Shown: positions 25,601 through 38,334 of the stretch, one piece after another
Layout: every line of letters starts with the position of its first letter
Position numbering within the stretch: the stretch's first letter is position 1
Source: Geosiphon pyriformis uo1
Lineage: Eukaryota > Fungi > Glomeromycota
NCBI GenBank assembly: GCA_016748015.1
Contig: JAAOMT010000098.1
Location: 133,950 to 197,949 of the forward strand
Length of the DNA stretch: 64,000 nt
Direction of reading: 5' to 3'
Notes under the pieces: generated by a model
What the model saw: only the letters and a program-made list of their open reading frames with translations
Database searches by the model: none
Told to the model about the DNA's origin: nothing
Made by a program: the position numbers and the translations under genes

Positions 25601-27291
25601 CAGGTGTGGTTCATATTTTTTTTGAATGCGGTCTGTTTTTGAGTGGTCAAGTGACCAATTTTTTCCATTTTTATGGTAGTACTCCCATGTTATCTGTTTT
25701 TGGTAGGTCTGATTACTTTAGATTTCTTCTATCTTTTCAAAGATATGGTGTTGCTTTTGTTGAACAACTTTGCTATAAGAGTGGAACTGTTTTTGATTAG
25801 AGAACATTCAAGCATTGGAAAAAACTGGACTCATATGGCCCTGTTCCTAAATGGTTTAGGCTTTTTATTAACTTTCTTGATAGTGTAGTCTCTTTCCCTA
25901 CACATTTTTCATCTGTAATTGGTACTGAGTATTTGGATATTTTGGAATCTAGTAAGTTTGAACTGATTTATAATCAGTTGCTAGGTCTCAAAACTGACAG
26001 CATTTTTGTTTATACACATGGATCTCTGAAGAGCTTGGGGAGTGTTGACATAAGAGCTGGTGCTATGGTTTTTTTTGAAGATATAAGCTTGGGTTTGGAG
26101 ATCAAAGTTTCTGGTTTGATGTCTTTTACTTTGGCTGAATTGCAGGCCATTGTGTTGGCTTTTGAGTGTGTCTCTCCTAATAGCTTGGTTGGTGTTTATT
26201 CGGACAGTCAGGTTGTTTTGGATGCTTGCAAATCAGAATTAGGTATAGTTTATTCAGATTTTAGGAATTGCTGTTGGGTTGAGCATTAGCACATTGTGAA
26301 CATTATTAAAAAAAAAGATTTGAGTGTTAGCTGGCACAAAGTACAGGGTCATTCAGGTGTTATGGGCAATGAATTTGCTAATGCACTTGCCGATACAATG
26401 TCTCTTTCTCCCTGGTGTCTTGTTCTGCATGTAAAAAAATGTTATATTTTAGCTGATGAGAATGTTGTTTTTAATAATTCTAGATATTTTGTTTGTGGGG
26501 TCTTTCAGTCTATTCATTGTGCATGCTGAGAGATCAGTTCAGGTTCTAGGATTTTGGATAGCAGTCTGTGTTCAGATGTTGATTGGTTTAGTTCATCATT
26601 GGTGTGGCATTCAGACTTGCACATGGCTGCTGGCTTCACTAGTAAATTCATAACTGGTGTTTGCACATATTTCATAAAAGCTTTACACCATTGGCTGCCA
26701 GTTACTGTTTGGAAGTGATTGTATAACAGATGCTATTCCAGTGTATTGTGTTTGTATTGTGGCAAGGGCAAGATTTTTGACCATGCTTTTTCTTGTGCAG
26801 TAAATAATTCTGTTTGTTGTCACTTGTTAGATGCTCACATTGTTGCTTGGGGCCTTTTTTCTGGTCTTTCTATCTCCTCTTTAAATGTTTCTTAATTTTT
26901 ATCTTTCTGTGCTTCAAATGTCACGGTTTGTATGGCTCTTTGCAAGGACTTTGTTTTTAAGAATTGGCTTCAGAAAGCTGTGTCTGTCTTTGAAGATGCC
27001 AAAATAACTAGTCAAAAGGTTGTGGAGTTTGTGTGTAACTTATGTTTTGCCTTTAGGGATAAGATTTGGTTGGTTCATGCTAAGCATTGTGCCTGCATAA
27101 AAAAAAGTAGAATGATACCTTATGACGGTTTGGCTTTAGTTTCAATTTTAGGGCTGTTTGCATTGCTTTCTGCAAGTGTTGTTAGGTTGCTGGATATTGC
27201 TAAGACAATTGATATTGGTTTTGGTTTCTGTAAATCTTGTTTGTTTTTTACAAGTGTTGGAGACTCAGTCTTGGTACATATAGGTGTTTAG
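22604..27291 (+). pseudogene. LINE-c ORF2 (APE, RT, RNase H)
   Basis: MSNLIWKIATCNV, GGDFNE, DTDH, GVFVDNTI, VYTHGS, AELQAI, YSDSQ, KVQGHSGVMGNEFAN. Confidence 0.93.
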
Positions 27292-27423
27292 TGTGGTCTT
27301 GACTGGCCCAAGTGGCTGGTTGTGTGTAGAAAATGCATAATTTATGTCTAGTTTAGATCAGTTAATTGATATATTATACTAGGTAGTGTTTAGACCTCAC
27401 TTGTGAAATGTAAAAAAAAAAAA

Positions 27424-27766
27424 ATTATTAAAATAAATAATTATTAATTTTTAAAAAAGTTCAGCATAGACAACATTCATAAATTATTAAAATATTGCTT
27501 GTATATTATATAATTTAAAATATATTACATTAAATTTATAATTTTTTTCTTGAATAATAAAAGCTGTTTTTAGATAATCTTTAGAATTTATTATAATTTT
27601 TAGTATTTACTTTTCAGATTTAATGTTGAAAAATATTTTAATCTTCTAAAAGCATCTAATATATTATTAATTTTAGATAAAAGATAAGCATTTTTAATTA
27701 TAACATTATTTAATTAACAATATTTAACACAAAAATAATTTTTTTTTTTTTAACAAAAACTATTAA
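27424..27766 (-). pseudogene. Gypsy RT fragment 2 (RT core)
   Basis: LIVFVKKK..FCVKYC*LNNVIIKNAYLLSKINNILDAF..LKYFSTLNLKSKY*...KTAFIIQEKNYKFNVIYFKLYNIQAIF..FMN...IIYFNN; decayed PVVLVKKK..FCVDYR.LN...D..PLPRIDD.LD...FSTLDLKSGYW..KTAF..G.YEF.VMPFGL.NAPATF...YLDD. Confidence 0.9.
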
Positions 27767-30700
27767 GCTTTCCTTTACCCAAAATTTCTAAAAAAAGTCA
27801 AAAAAGTTTTTTAAAAAAAGTTTTTTACTATTCAGTATGATAAATTTAAATCATTTTTGCTTAATTATAAAACTATTGTTGGTTTTAGTATTGCTATTAT
27901 AAAAAAGACTGTTAAAAATTTCAGTTTAGCTGATAGTTTCAAATCTGTGCTGTCAAGAAAGAAGAGAAAAGATAGTACTTTGAAAGATAATGTTAAGACT
28001 AAGGAAGTTTCTGCTAAAATATTGAATGATTGTTTTTGGAATTTAAAAACTGGTAATACCATTGAATCTGATAGTATTGACATGAAAAAGAAGTGTCTGA
28101 TTGAGGAAACCAGTTTTGATTATGGTAATGGGACCACTTTTGTTGGCAAAAATGCCAATTAAATATCAAAAAGCTTGTATATTAAAACCAAAAAGACATT
28201 GAAAAAACCATTAAACAAAATAAATTTTTTGAGTGATGGTAATAATAATAATATTCTGTTAGATATCTTATTGATTCTTCTTTTTTTCTTGAAGAATTTA
28301 GTTGTTGTTCCCATTAAAAAGTCATTTACTTTAGATATTGATTTAGATAAAGTATTTAGGAAGTTTTCTTAAGAAAAGCTTGCAGTAGTTAGCAGATTAT
28401 TTTCAAAAGTCAATGGTTTTGGAAGAGTTTTTACTCTTTTAAAATTTGCTGGGATTATCAAAGCAATATTTACTTTTAATATGACAAAAATAGTAAAAAT
28501 TTTAATAAATATTAATCTCAAAAAATTTCTTAAGCATTCAGATCAGACTGTAGTTGTAAAAAAAATTTCAATTAGAATGTTGACTAAGACTGTATACATT
28601 ACACTATCTGAGTTTAGAGTGATTAAGTCAATCAATATGTAATTGGTGAAGCTATAGTAAAAAGCTGTGATAGAATTTAAGTATTTAGATTATGCTAATT
28701 TGATTACAACTAAATAGTCTGTTTTAATTAAAAAAGATGCTATGTAAATTGTCAAGGCTAATTTGAACAAGAAAATATAAGACACAAGAGATTATTATAG
28801 ACCACTGCTCTACATTTTACCAATAGAAACTAATGTTTATAACATATAAAACTTTATTAATTCTATTAGTAAAAAAACATATGTTATCAATTATTATCTA
28901 GTTTTATATATTCAAGCCAGATTTGCTACTGTTAGCTTTAATTCTGCTAAATTATTGGATGCTATTGTAAAAATCATATTAATACTTAAGGATGTCAATT
29001 TATATTGATAACATTTGAGTTTTTCTAAGTGTGCTAAGTATAAGAAATTTGGTTATATATTATTGGGCTGTTCTACAAATAAAAAAACTTTTTCTGGTGG
29101 TCTATCTCATAGAATATTATCAAAAAAAGATAAAAGCAGACTGGCATCCATCTATGCTAAATGTTCAGTGCCAATTGTTTGTCCTGTTTTTTTTGGTAGT
29201 ATCTTTTGGACCAAAATTGTTGGTGGATTTTCTTTCTATTTTTTTTCTGCACAAAATGGTTTTGTTAATTTTGGTTCCTTTTTAGAAATAAAGCCTACCT
29301 TATTGGTATTTGTAGAATTAGACAATAGATTTGCTACTTTTGAATGCAGTTTTGACAGTCTTATAAAGCAAATTGTTAAGTTGGCTAAGAAGTTAGATGT
29401 ATTTGAATCAATAGTTTCTTAGTTTAGTCTTGGATGTTAGCCATTGATGACACCTTTATCACAAAATCAAGAAGTGAATATAGTAATAAGTGAAAACTTA
29501 AGTATACCCATTAGTGTTGAGACTATTATAGAAGTAATAAATATTAATCTTTTAGTTGTTTCAAAATTAAAAAAAACTTTAAACAATTTGTCAAACATAG
29601 TTATGAGTCTATTAACCAGAATGAACAAAGCTGGTTTGGGCTCTAGCACTTGTTTTTCTCAATAACTAATTTTATTTAAAAGATGGCTATATGTAATATT
29701 AAAGATATAAACAATCTTGTTAAGTAAGCTGATGTTATTTGTTAGCATAAAAATATAAACAATTTAATTTTAATTATTACTAAAACAAATTTAAAAAATA
29801 GGATTTGTCTGTAAATCATAAACAAATTTGATAATATCCAAGTATTTATTTTTATTATGGAGTCTGGTTATTTGAGTTCTGGTATTGTGATTATTATAAA
29901 CATTAATTTGGCAAAATATGTGTACAAAATTTCAGAAGTTGTTGGTTAGTTCTTGTTTATTAGACTGCTTTTCAAAAATAAGTTGTCTGTTTCAATTTTG
30001 GAGCCATACACTAGTGCCATTTTAGCTGTATGTTTGTTTCAAGTTAGTGAAATCAACTCTTTGATTGCAAAAGCTGTGAATGAGTGCTTTTTTATTATCT
30101 TAAATAGAAACTTCAATGAAGATAATTTGTGCAAATGTGCTAATTTCAAGAAATGCTTCTATTTAAGATTAATTAATTCTTTGTTAGTAAGTTTGGGTAG
30201 TTTATTAAATGTGCAGTTAAACTTTCTTTACAAGCAAGTAAATAGAAATTGTTAAAAGTTCAATTTCAGAAGTGTTAATAATATCAAGTAAACCAAGTTC
30301 AAAAAAGCTACAGTAGCTAATACTGCTATGTTTTCTGATAAGTTTATAATATTTAAGGGGTCTTTGGATCTGAATGCAATATAGGATGCTGTTCATAAAA
30401 TATTGTTTCTATTAGCTAATAAAACTTTTAAAAAAATATGGTTCAAAGACTATAACAATATTTTTATTAAGAAATTGTCCAGATTTCACAGACTGAAACT
30501 TTTGGTGTCTAAAATTGTTAAAGCCTTTTATCTGATTTTTTGTGATAAGTTTGTGTTATTAATTGATATATAAGATGGTCTTGATACTGTTAATGCTTCT
30601 GTAGTGAAATTTTTTTTTCTTTTGGGGTCTTATTTTAATGCCATTAGATCAGTTTTAGCTAGGGTTAAGAAGACTTATTATTTGTCTAAGATGTTGAAAT

Positions 30701-33700
30701 TAAAGCATGCTAAAAAGTTTCAGATTAAATTAGCAATTAATAAGAGAATAAAAGATTTTAAAGTGAACAAGAGTCATATTATTAGAAGTGTATTGGAATG
30801 TTTTTTTTGTAAAGTAGCGTTAAACTATCTAATTGTTGATAATAAACTAATTCTGGAGTCTGATCTGGTTAAAAACAAAGTAAATATAATTATAGAGGGC
30901 TGGACTAGGAAGTATGAGATAGTTATTGATCTTTCTGGTAAGTGGTTTTATTAATATCAACCATTGAAATATGTTTTAATGATGCTTTCTCGAATGTAAT
31001 ATGTCTAATTAGTTTTGATAAATTGCTTAGTGTGGTTTTTAATTTGCCTAATGGCAAAGCTGCTGGTTTTTTTGGCATCTCAAATAAGCTTTAAAAACAA
31101 TATAACAGATTGGTTTTGAATATGTTCTTGGTGCTTTTAAATTCTTGTTTGTCTTGTAAATTAGTGCTCAATGATTGGAGAAAAGCTTGGATCTCAATGA
31201 TTTTCAAGCTGTATAAGTAGAAAAGCATTCTTATGAATACCAGACTTATTGTTTTAATTAAGACAATTCATAAAATGCTTTTTAAGATTTTCTCTAACAG
31301 AATTTCTCTGACATATAGCACTTTTGATGTTTTCTGTAAAAACAATTTTTCAGTTTTAAAGAGTACGACAATTTAATCTCCTATTTTTGTTATTAGTTTA
31401 ATGAATAAAGACACCTTGGAAAAGAACTATAAACTTTGACTGGTTTTGTAAAACATATAGAAAGCTTATGATTCTGTTGAGTAGAAACATCTTAGAAAAA
31501 ACTTGGTTAGGATAAAAATTTGTGGCAAATTTATTAAATTTTTTGGCAGTATTCACAATAATTATGTCAACAAAGTTATAACTGATTTCAGATTAACAGA
31601 TGGATATTGAATATATAATAGTTTAAATTAGAAAAAAGTGTTTTCACTTTTTTTTTGATACATATTTTATGATTCTCATTTGTGTAAAATTAAGAGACAA
31701 GAAAGTATATATAAATATAAATTGAATTCTCATTTTGTTATCAGAACTGGTTGTTCAGATTTTCAGACTGAATTGACATTTTTTTCACTGCTGATACTTT
31801 TGTCAATAATATAATTTAAGTTAATAGCAGTTAAATTGCTATCCAATATATTCTCAACATTATTAATAAATTTTTTTGGATCAATAACATTTTAGTTAAT
31901 AATAACAAAATAATAGCCATTTCTATCAATTGCAGAGTTGAATGTTTTTTCTTGTTAATTAACAGTTTGCTTATTTTTATTGCTAAAAAGGGTAAATTTT
32001 ATTGCTACTTGGGTATCTTTCTATTTACTAAGAGTTTGTTAAAGTTTAGCTTAACTAAAACAAGTTCAGATGTTCAGTTTTTTGTTAATCTTGTTTTGAG
32101 AAAGATTATTTCAGATAAGCAGCTTTTATATTTGGCATTAATAGTTTTTTATTCTATTGTTAGCTATAGAACACAATTCAGCTTTATTTCTATTAATATG
32201 TGTAATAAATAGAATGTTTTGATTTATAGAACTTAAAATTGAAGTCTAGTCTGCCTCTCAATTTTCCTAGTAATGCACTTTATTATCCATATTTGTATGA
32301 TTTGAAAACTTTTAAGCAAATTCAGGCTAAAAACAAAGTGGCTTCTATTATGTATTTTGCAAACTTTATTAGGATTCTGAATTATTTGTTTTCATACAGG
32401 TCTTATAATTTGCAAGTTTTGTTTTAGTATTCACTTTATTTTTTAGTTTTCTCAGCTTATATTAAGATTAATCTCTCTAATAATATTTTGGTAAGTGTAA
32501 TTTGTATTTTTTTTGAGTGCAATTTATCTCTGGATGGTCTAATAAACAATTTTTTCTATCTTTATAGTAAAACTTCTATGTTGACTGTTCTTGACAAGTC
32601 AAAATTTTTTAAGTTTCTCTTTTTACTTCAGTAGTATGACATTGCTTTCATGGACCAGTTTTGTAGTAAAAATAGTGCTATTTTTAATTAGAAAACTTTT
32701 AAGTATTGGGAAAAAATTGGATCTATGTGGCCTTATTCCTAATTGGTTTAGACTTTCTGTTAACTTTTTCAATAGTATAGCTTCTTTTCCTACATGCTTT
32801 TTTTTTTGAATGTTTTTGGCCTTTCAAATGTTCTTAAGTCTTATAAGTTTAAGTTTGCTTATAATTATTTATTAAATATTAATGCTAGTTCAATTTATAC
32901 AGATAAATCTTTGAAGGACTTGAAGAAAGTTAGCATAAAAGCTGATATGACAGTTTTTTTTGAAAACATAAACTTTAGTTTGGGTGTTAGGATTTCTGGT
33001 TTGATGTTTTTTACTTTGGTAGAACTGTAGACTATTGCATTAGATTATGAGTGTGTTCTTTTTTTTAGTTAAGTTCACTTTTTTATGAACAGTTAAGTTG
33101 CTTTGAATATGTGCATATTAGAATTGCATTTAACATATCCAGATTTTTGGAATTAGTATTGGGTTAAATATTAGCACATTGTGAATGTTATTCATAGAAA
33201 AAATTTAAATATTAGCTGGCACAAAGTAAAAAGTCACTTAGGTATTTTGAGTAACATATGTACTAATATGCTTATTAATAATGTTTTTCTTTCTTCCTGG
33301 TATTTTTCCTCTTGATTGAAACAATATTATATTATGGTTAAGAGTGGTATTGTTTTTGGTAATTCTAGACATTTTGTTTGTGGAATCATTCAGTCTGTTT
33401 ATTGTATACATTGAGAAATTAGTTTCAATTCTAAGATTCTGGCTGGTAGCTTGTTCTTAGACATCAATTGGCTTAATTTATCTATAGTATAATATTTTAA
33501 TTTGCATATGACTGCTGGTTTTACTAGTAAATTTACTGTTGACACTTATACATACTTTATAAAAGCTTTGTACTATTGGCTGTTTATTGTTATTTGAAAG
33601 TATTTGTATGATAAACATTATTTCAGTGTATTATTTTTGTATTGTAATAGTGTTAAGATTTCAAATTATGTTTTTTTTTGTACAGTTGATAAATCTGTTT

Positions 33701-34308
33701 ACTGTCAATTATTGGACATATATGTAGCTGTTTAGAAGGTGTTTTCTGGTTATTCTTATTCTTTTTTGTGTGTGTATTAGTTGTTGTTTTCCTGTGCTTT
33801 AAATACTACAATACGTATGACTTTTTACAAGGGCTTTGTTTTTAGTGATTGGCTTTAAGAAACTGTTTTTGTCTTTGGAGGTTCCAAAGTTGTGTGTTAG
33901 ATAATTGTAAACTTTGTGTAAAATTTTTGTCTTGCTTTTAGAAATGAGATTTGGTCTGCTTGTATTAAATATTGTGTTTTTATAGAACAAAATAGGCTGA
34001 TACTATATAATGATTTAGCTTTAATTTTGGTTTTTGGATTGTCTTTAGTGTTTTGTGCTAATATGGTCAAATTATTTAGTATTACTAAAGCATTTGGTGT
34101 TAGTTTTGATTTGTGTAAATTTTGTTTATTTTTTTTAGATATTAAAGATCCAGTCTTTGTTTATATAAATGCTTAGTATTATTCTGGTTAATTTGAATGG
34201 CTGGTTACATGTAAAAAAGGCAAATTTATATTTAATTTAGATTATTTGTATAATATATTATACTAGACAGTATTTGGATCTTACTCATTAAATATTAATA
34301 AAAAAAAA
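27767..34308 (+). mobile_element. LINE copy d, full length, heavily decayed (ORF1 ~27837-29665; ORF2 29662-34176)
   Basis: Colinear with b and c; A-tail at 34300-34308; TSD aaaaactatt(aa/gg) at 27755-27766 and 34304-34315; ~180-bp deletion in APE near 30186. Confidence 0.95.
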
Positions 34309-37300
34309 CTATTGGTAAGATTTATAAATTCATTGATAATTAAATAAATTTATTATTAAACATCTATTGTATATTTTTTTTAATAAATTAGTAACTTTTT
34401 AATAAAACTTAATAAATTAGTTGTTTTTAAGTTTTGTATTTTTAGTGTAGATTTGGTATTAAACCAAATTAGTTTTTTTAAAGTTGTTGTTTTTTGCAAA
34501 TATGTTAGCATATTCTGTAATTGGTAAAAGTAAAATTAAATTTTGAAAAAAAATATTTAATTATTTCTGTGAAATTTGAAACTTTTTGTAGTAATTTTTG
34601 TTAAAAAATATTACTATAAATAATTTTGATTTCTAATAATTATCTAAAATAATAAAATAATTATTAAAATTATAAAAGATAATATTGAATTTTTTAATTT
34701 TTTTAAACAAATAAATATTTGAAATTAAAATTCTATATTTTTTGCAAATTTGTTAAGTAATAATAAGTATTAAGCAGATGTATACTTTATGAATTTTTTT
34801 AAAAGATAAAATAATAATTGTTTTTAGTAATCTAAAAATTTAGTAAAATTTGTTTTGTATATTAAAAACTATATTTACTGAAACTATAAATTATTTAGTT
34901 GATCCAAAATCTTGAATTTTTTTTTTATTTTTGCTTAATTTATTTCTGTTTTTAATTAATTGCAAACCCAAAATATTAATTAAAAATAAATAAATAACTT
35001 AAGCAATTTTTTCAGCATATTTAACATTGAAAATTTTTTTGTTTTATTTTGAAGCATCATTATAAGATTTCCAATATATTCTGTATTTATAATTTTTTTA
35101 ATATTAATGTTTTTGCTTGCTAATAATAATTAAGAAGCAATTTGTATTATTGTTTTTAATAAAATTTTAAAAGCAATTTTAAAATTAATTTTTATGAGTA
35201 ATTTTGGTTTTAAAATAAGAATATTTTTTCTTGAATATTAAAAATCATATTTTGCATCGATTTTGTGGACTTTTTTGGCTTGATTTTTTGTTTATTATTG
35301 TCGAAGTATTTAAATAGTAAAGCAGATTAGTTTTTAACAAAATAGATTGGAATTGTTAAAATTTCGGGCTGTTTTTCTTATGCTTTAAATTCGGTTTTTT
35401 CCTAATTATTTTAAATAAATAATAGTATGCTAAAAGTATAACATTTAAAACATTATTAATTATTACAAAGCATGATATATTCTTTATAAAATTAAATATT
35501 TATTTGTTTTAATTATTGAATTTGGGTTTTTTTAGAAAAATAAACATAATTAAAAGTTAAATAATAAAGTTTTACTTTATTTTTATAGTTTAAACTAGCT
35601 AGTTTTATAATATATTTAATGTATTTGCTTTTTTTATTGATCAAACATCTTTTTAAGATCTTTTATTAATTAAAATTATTGCTAATTTATAAATTATTTT
35701 AGCATTATGTAAATAATAATAGAATTTATTAAGAACATTATTATAAGCTACTGTAAATAATTTTATTTATTTTATTTTTTTAGAGATAGAAAGAGCATAT
35801 TAATAGGTTTAATTACAGACTTTTTTTTATTATAATATTAATTTAATTGTATTTTTTAAGTAGTAATTTTTCACAGATAAGACATAAAATGTTGTTTTAT
35901 TTTCTATTTTGTTTAAAACTGTTAAATTGTTGTCTGTAATAGGCTTTATAGTAATAATAAATACAAGTTTTATATTTTTTTTGATAATATACTAGCTATT
36001 AATTTGTTTATTTATTAATATAAATTGTTAATTGATATTTTTAAGCCATAATAATAATAATTATAGTGTAAATGTTTTGAATAATTATTGTTCTGTTTTT
36101 TTAGTTCAATTAAATTAAAAATTAAACATTATATGTGTCTTAGTAAATAATTTCTTTTTTTTAGAATTTAAAAACTGGAATTTTTTAAATTATTTATTAA
36201 AAATACTACAAATAACAAATACTTTAATATATTGTCTTTAATATAAAATTTTCAATTCTTGGATTTCTTAATTTAGGTTTGCATTGGTTTTAAAAAGCCA
36301 ATTATTCTTGATAAAAACTTAATATTAGTATATTATTATGAAATGGTTTTCTTAATATATTTAATTACTAATATTTTATTTTAATTCTAATTAATTTTTT
36401 GTAAGTTTCTCAATCCTATTTGTGTGATAATATTACTGTTATACTGAAGACTTTCTTTTTAATATTACAATGTAAGTTATTTTTCAATTTTTGATTGTTG
36501 TGTGTGTTTATATACTCTTTTTTAGAGGCTAAACTAAATTCTACTTACTGTTTGAAGTCTTCTCTGAAGCTATTTTTGCAATTGTCTAATGTGTTTTTCT
36601 AATGAAAAAGCATGGAATGTTAATGTTTTTTAGTGCTTTTTTTAATTCTCACAATAAAGTTTTTATTAATTAATAACAATATAAATAATTTTGATTAGAG
36701 ATTATTTTTCTAAGGGATTCACCTGATAAATAATAATTTCATTCAATAAATAATACAAGTAAATTTTTTAATACTTTGAGTTATGATCATTCAGTTTTCA
36801 ATATTTTTTTCAATTTTTTTTGATTAAAGATTTTTGTGGATATTTATTTTAAAAAGTAAAGATTAGAAAATCATTAAAGTGAAACTGTTAAATAAATTGT
36901 TTGATAACTTGTTTTTATGATTTGTTTTTATGACTTGTGAAATAATATCATTTTTCTTAATATTAAAGCTATTGTATATATATATGTTTGTAGTTCTACA
37001 AGAAAACATATTATAATACTTTCTTTTTGGTATTTTAATCTGGTGTTTGCTATTATCACCAGTTGGTATTGGCTGCTATTGTAAACTGGTGCTTGCTATT
37101 ATTATAAGATAGTACTTGTCATTATATTAATTATTACTTTTTTAGAATTATTACTGTGTTATATTATGATTAGATAATTTATATTATTTTATAATTTTTT
37201 TGCTAAATTTTTAAACTATAACAATGTATTTATGATTAAAATTTTAATTAGAATAATAATTTTATTAATAATAATAAAAATAGTCAATTTTTTCAATTAA

Positions 37301-38330
37301 TATTTTTTTTTATATTATCAGTAATAACAATTACTGTTTAAGATTAGTTTATATTTTATTTTAATTTTTATATCAATTGGTAATTTTTTTAGTAAATTTA
37401 CTATCTAAAGTTAATTAAATTGATTTTTCTTTGACTTTGACTTTAGTATATATTGTTGTGATTGTATTTTATTCTAGAATAACAATATTAATATATGAAA
37501 ATAGTAATTTATTGGCTTTAAATTCAAATAAAAATATGTTTAAAATATTGGCATTTTTAGCAATTTTTGTTAATAGAATTGTAATATTATTATAAAAAAA
37601 TATTGCTATTATATTGTAGCTCTATTTTTTAAAAATATAGTATAATAAATATTCTAGTCTTTTGGTATTATAAAATAACTAAATTAAGTATAAAAGTATC
37701 TAAGTAACTATTAATTATTATTGTAAAATACCAATTAATTATTAAAACCAAATCTGTTATTGCTAATATAAAAGTAATTATATAGTATAAATTGATTAGA
37801 TTAAGCCAATTTCTTTACTAATAGTTAATAATTTTAAATTAAAAGTAATTGATAATATTGTTGTAGTTATTATAAAATAAACTAATTATAAGTAGACTAA
37901 AGTCTTAAATAATAATAGATAAATAATAGTAAGTTATATAATTAATATTACTAAAAAAAATAATATTAATTACTTTGTTTTTGCTGATCTTTTTGTATTT
38001 TTTGCAATTATGTTTTTAATATTTGAAAATTTTACAATAATAACAATTTAATTGTTGATTTGGCTATTATTAAATAATAATATAATTTTTTGGTTTTGTT
38101 TTTATAATAACTAATATTTTGGTTGTCAATTAACAAAATATGTTTCAATTTTCTTGATAAGTTGATCAATTTTTTTTTTGCTATTAAACTGTTTTTTTAA
38201 TTACAAGATTAATGAATTTGGTACAATTTTATTTTTTTTATTGTTATTTTGTAGTTTTTAATATGTTAAATAATAATAGTTAAATCTGCTAAAGCATATA
38301 GTTAAACTTTTTTAATAAGTTTGTTTTTGT
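34304..38330 (-). mobile_element. Decayed Ty3/Gypsy gag-pol: gag C-terminus with CCHC, aspartic protease, dUTPase, RT N-terminus
   Basis: NCYYCKIFKY*KHNC knuckle (~38005-38048); LTLDSK (decayed LDSG, ~37400-37415) and IIILIKILIIN (protease); YANIFA..KTNLV*YQIYT..LSMNL*ILPIVF (pre-RT, 34304-34520). Confidence 0.8.
34897..35285 (-). pseudogene. Degenerate trimeric dUTPase domain within Gypsy pol
   Basis: All five motifs in order: PKKVHKIDAKYDF (AGYDL), QIAS*LLLA (SRSSLA), KIINTEYIG (GVID..Y.G), AEKIA* (KIAQ), IQDFGST (RG..GFGST). Confidence 0.85.
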
Positions 38331-38334
38331 ACTT

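Larger units (their letters stand above)
20612..27424 (+). mobile_element. LINE copy c, full length
   Basis: Complete architecture, A-tail at 27412-27424; TSD attattaaaa at 20575-20584 and 27424-27433. The A-rich 20585-20611 is unexplained. Confidence 0.96.

Noticed and set aside
13458-34176. Alternative genetic code or read-through explaining in-frame stops at Trp/Gln positions
   Set aside because: Stops differ between copies, include TGA, TAG and TAA, and come with frameshifts; they are transition mutations.
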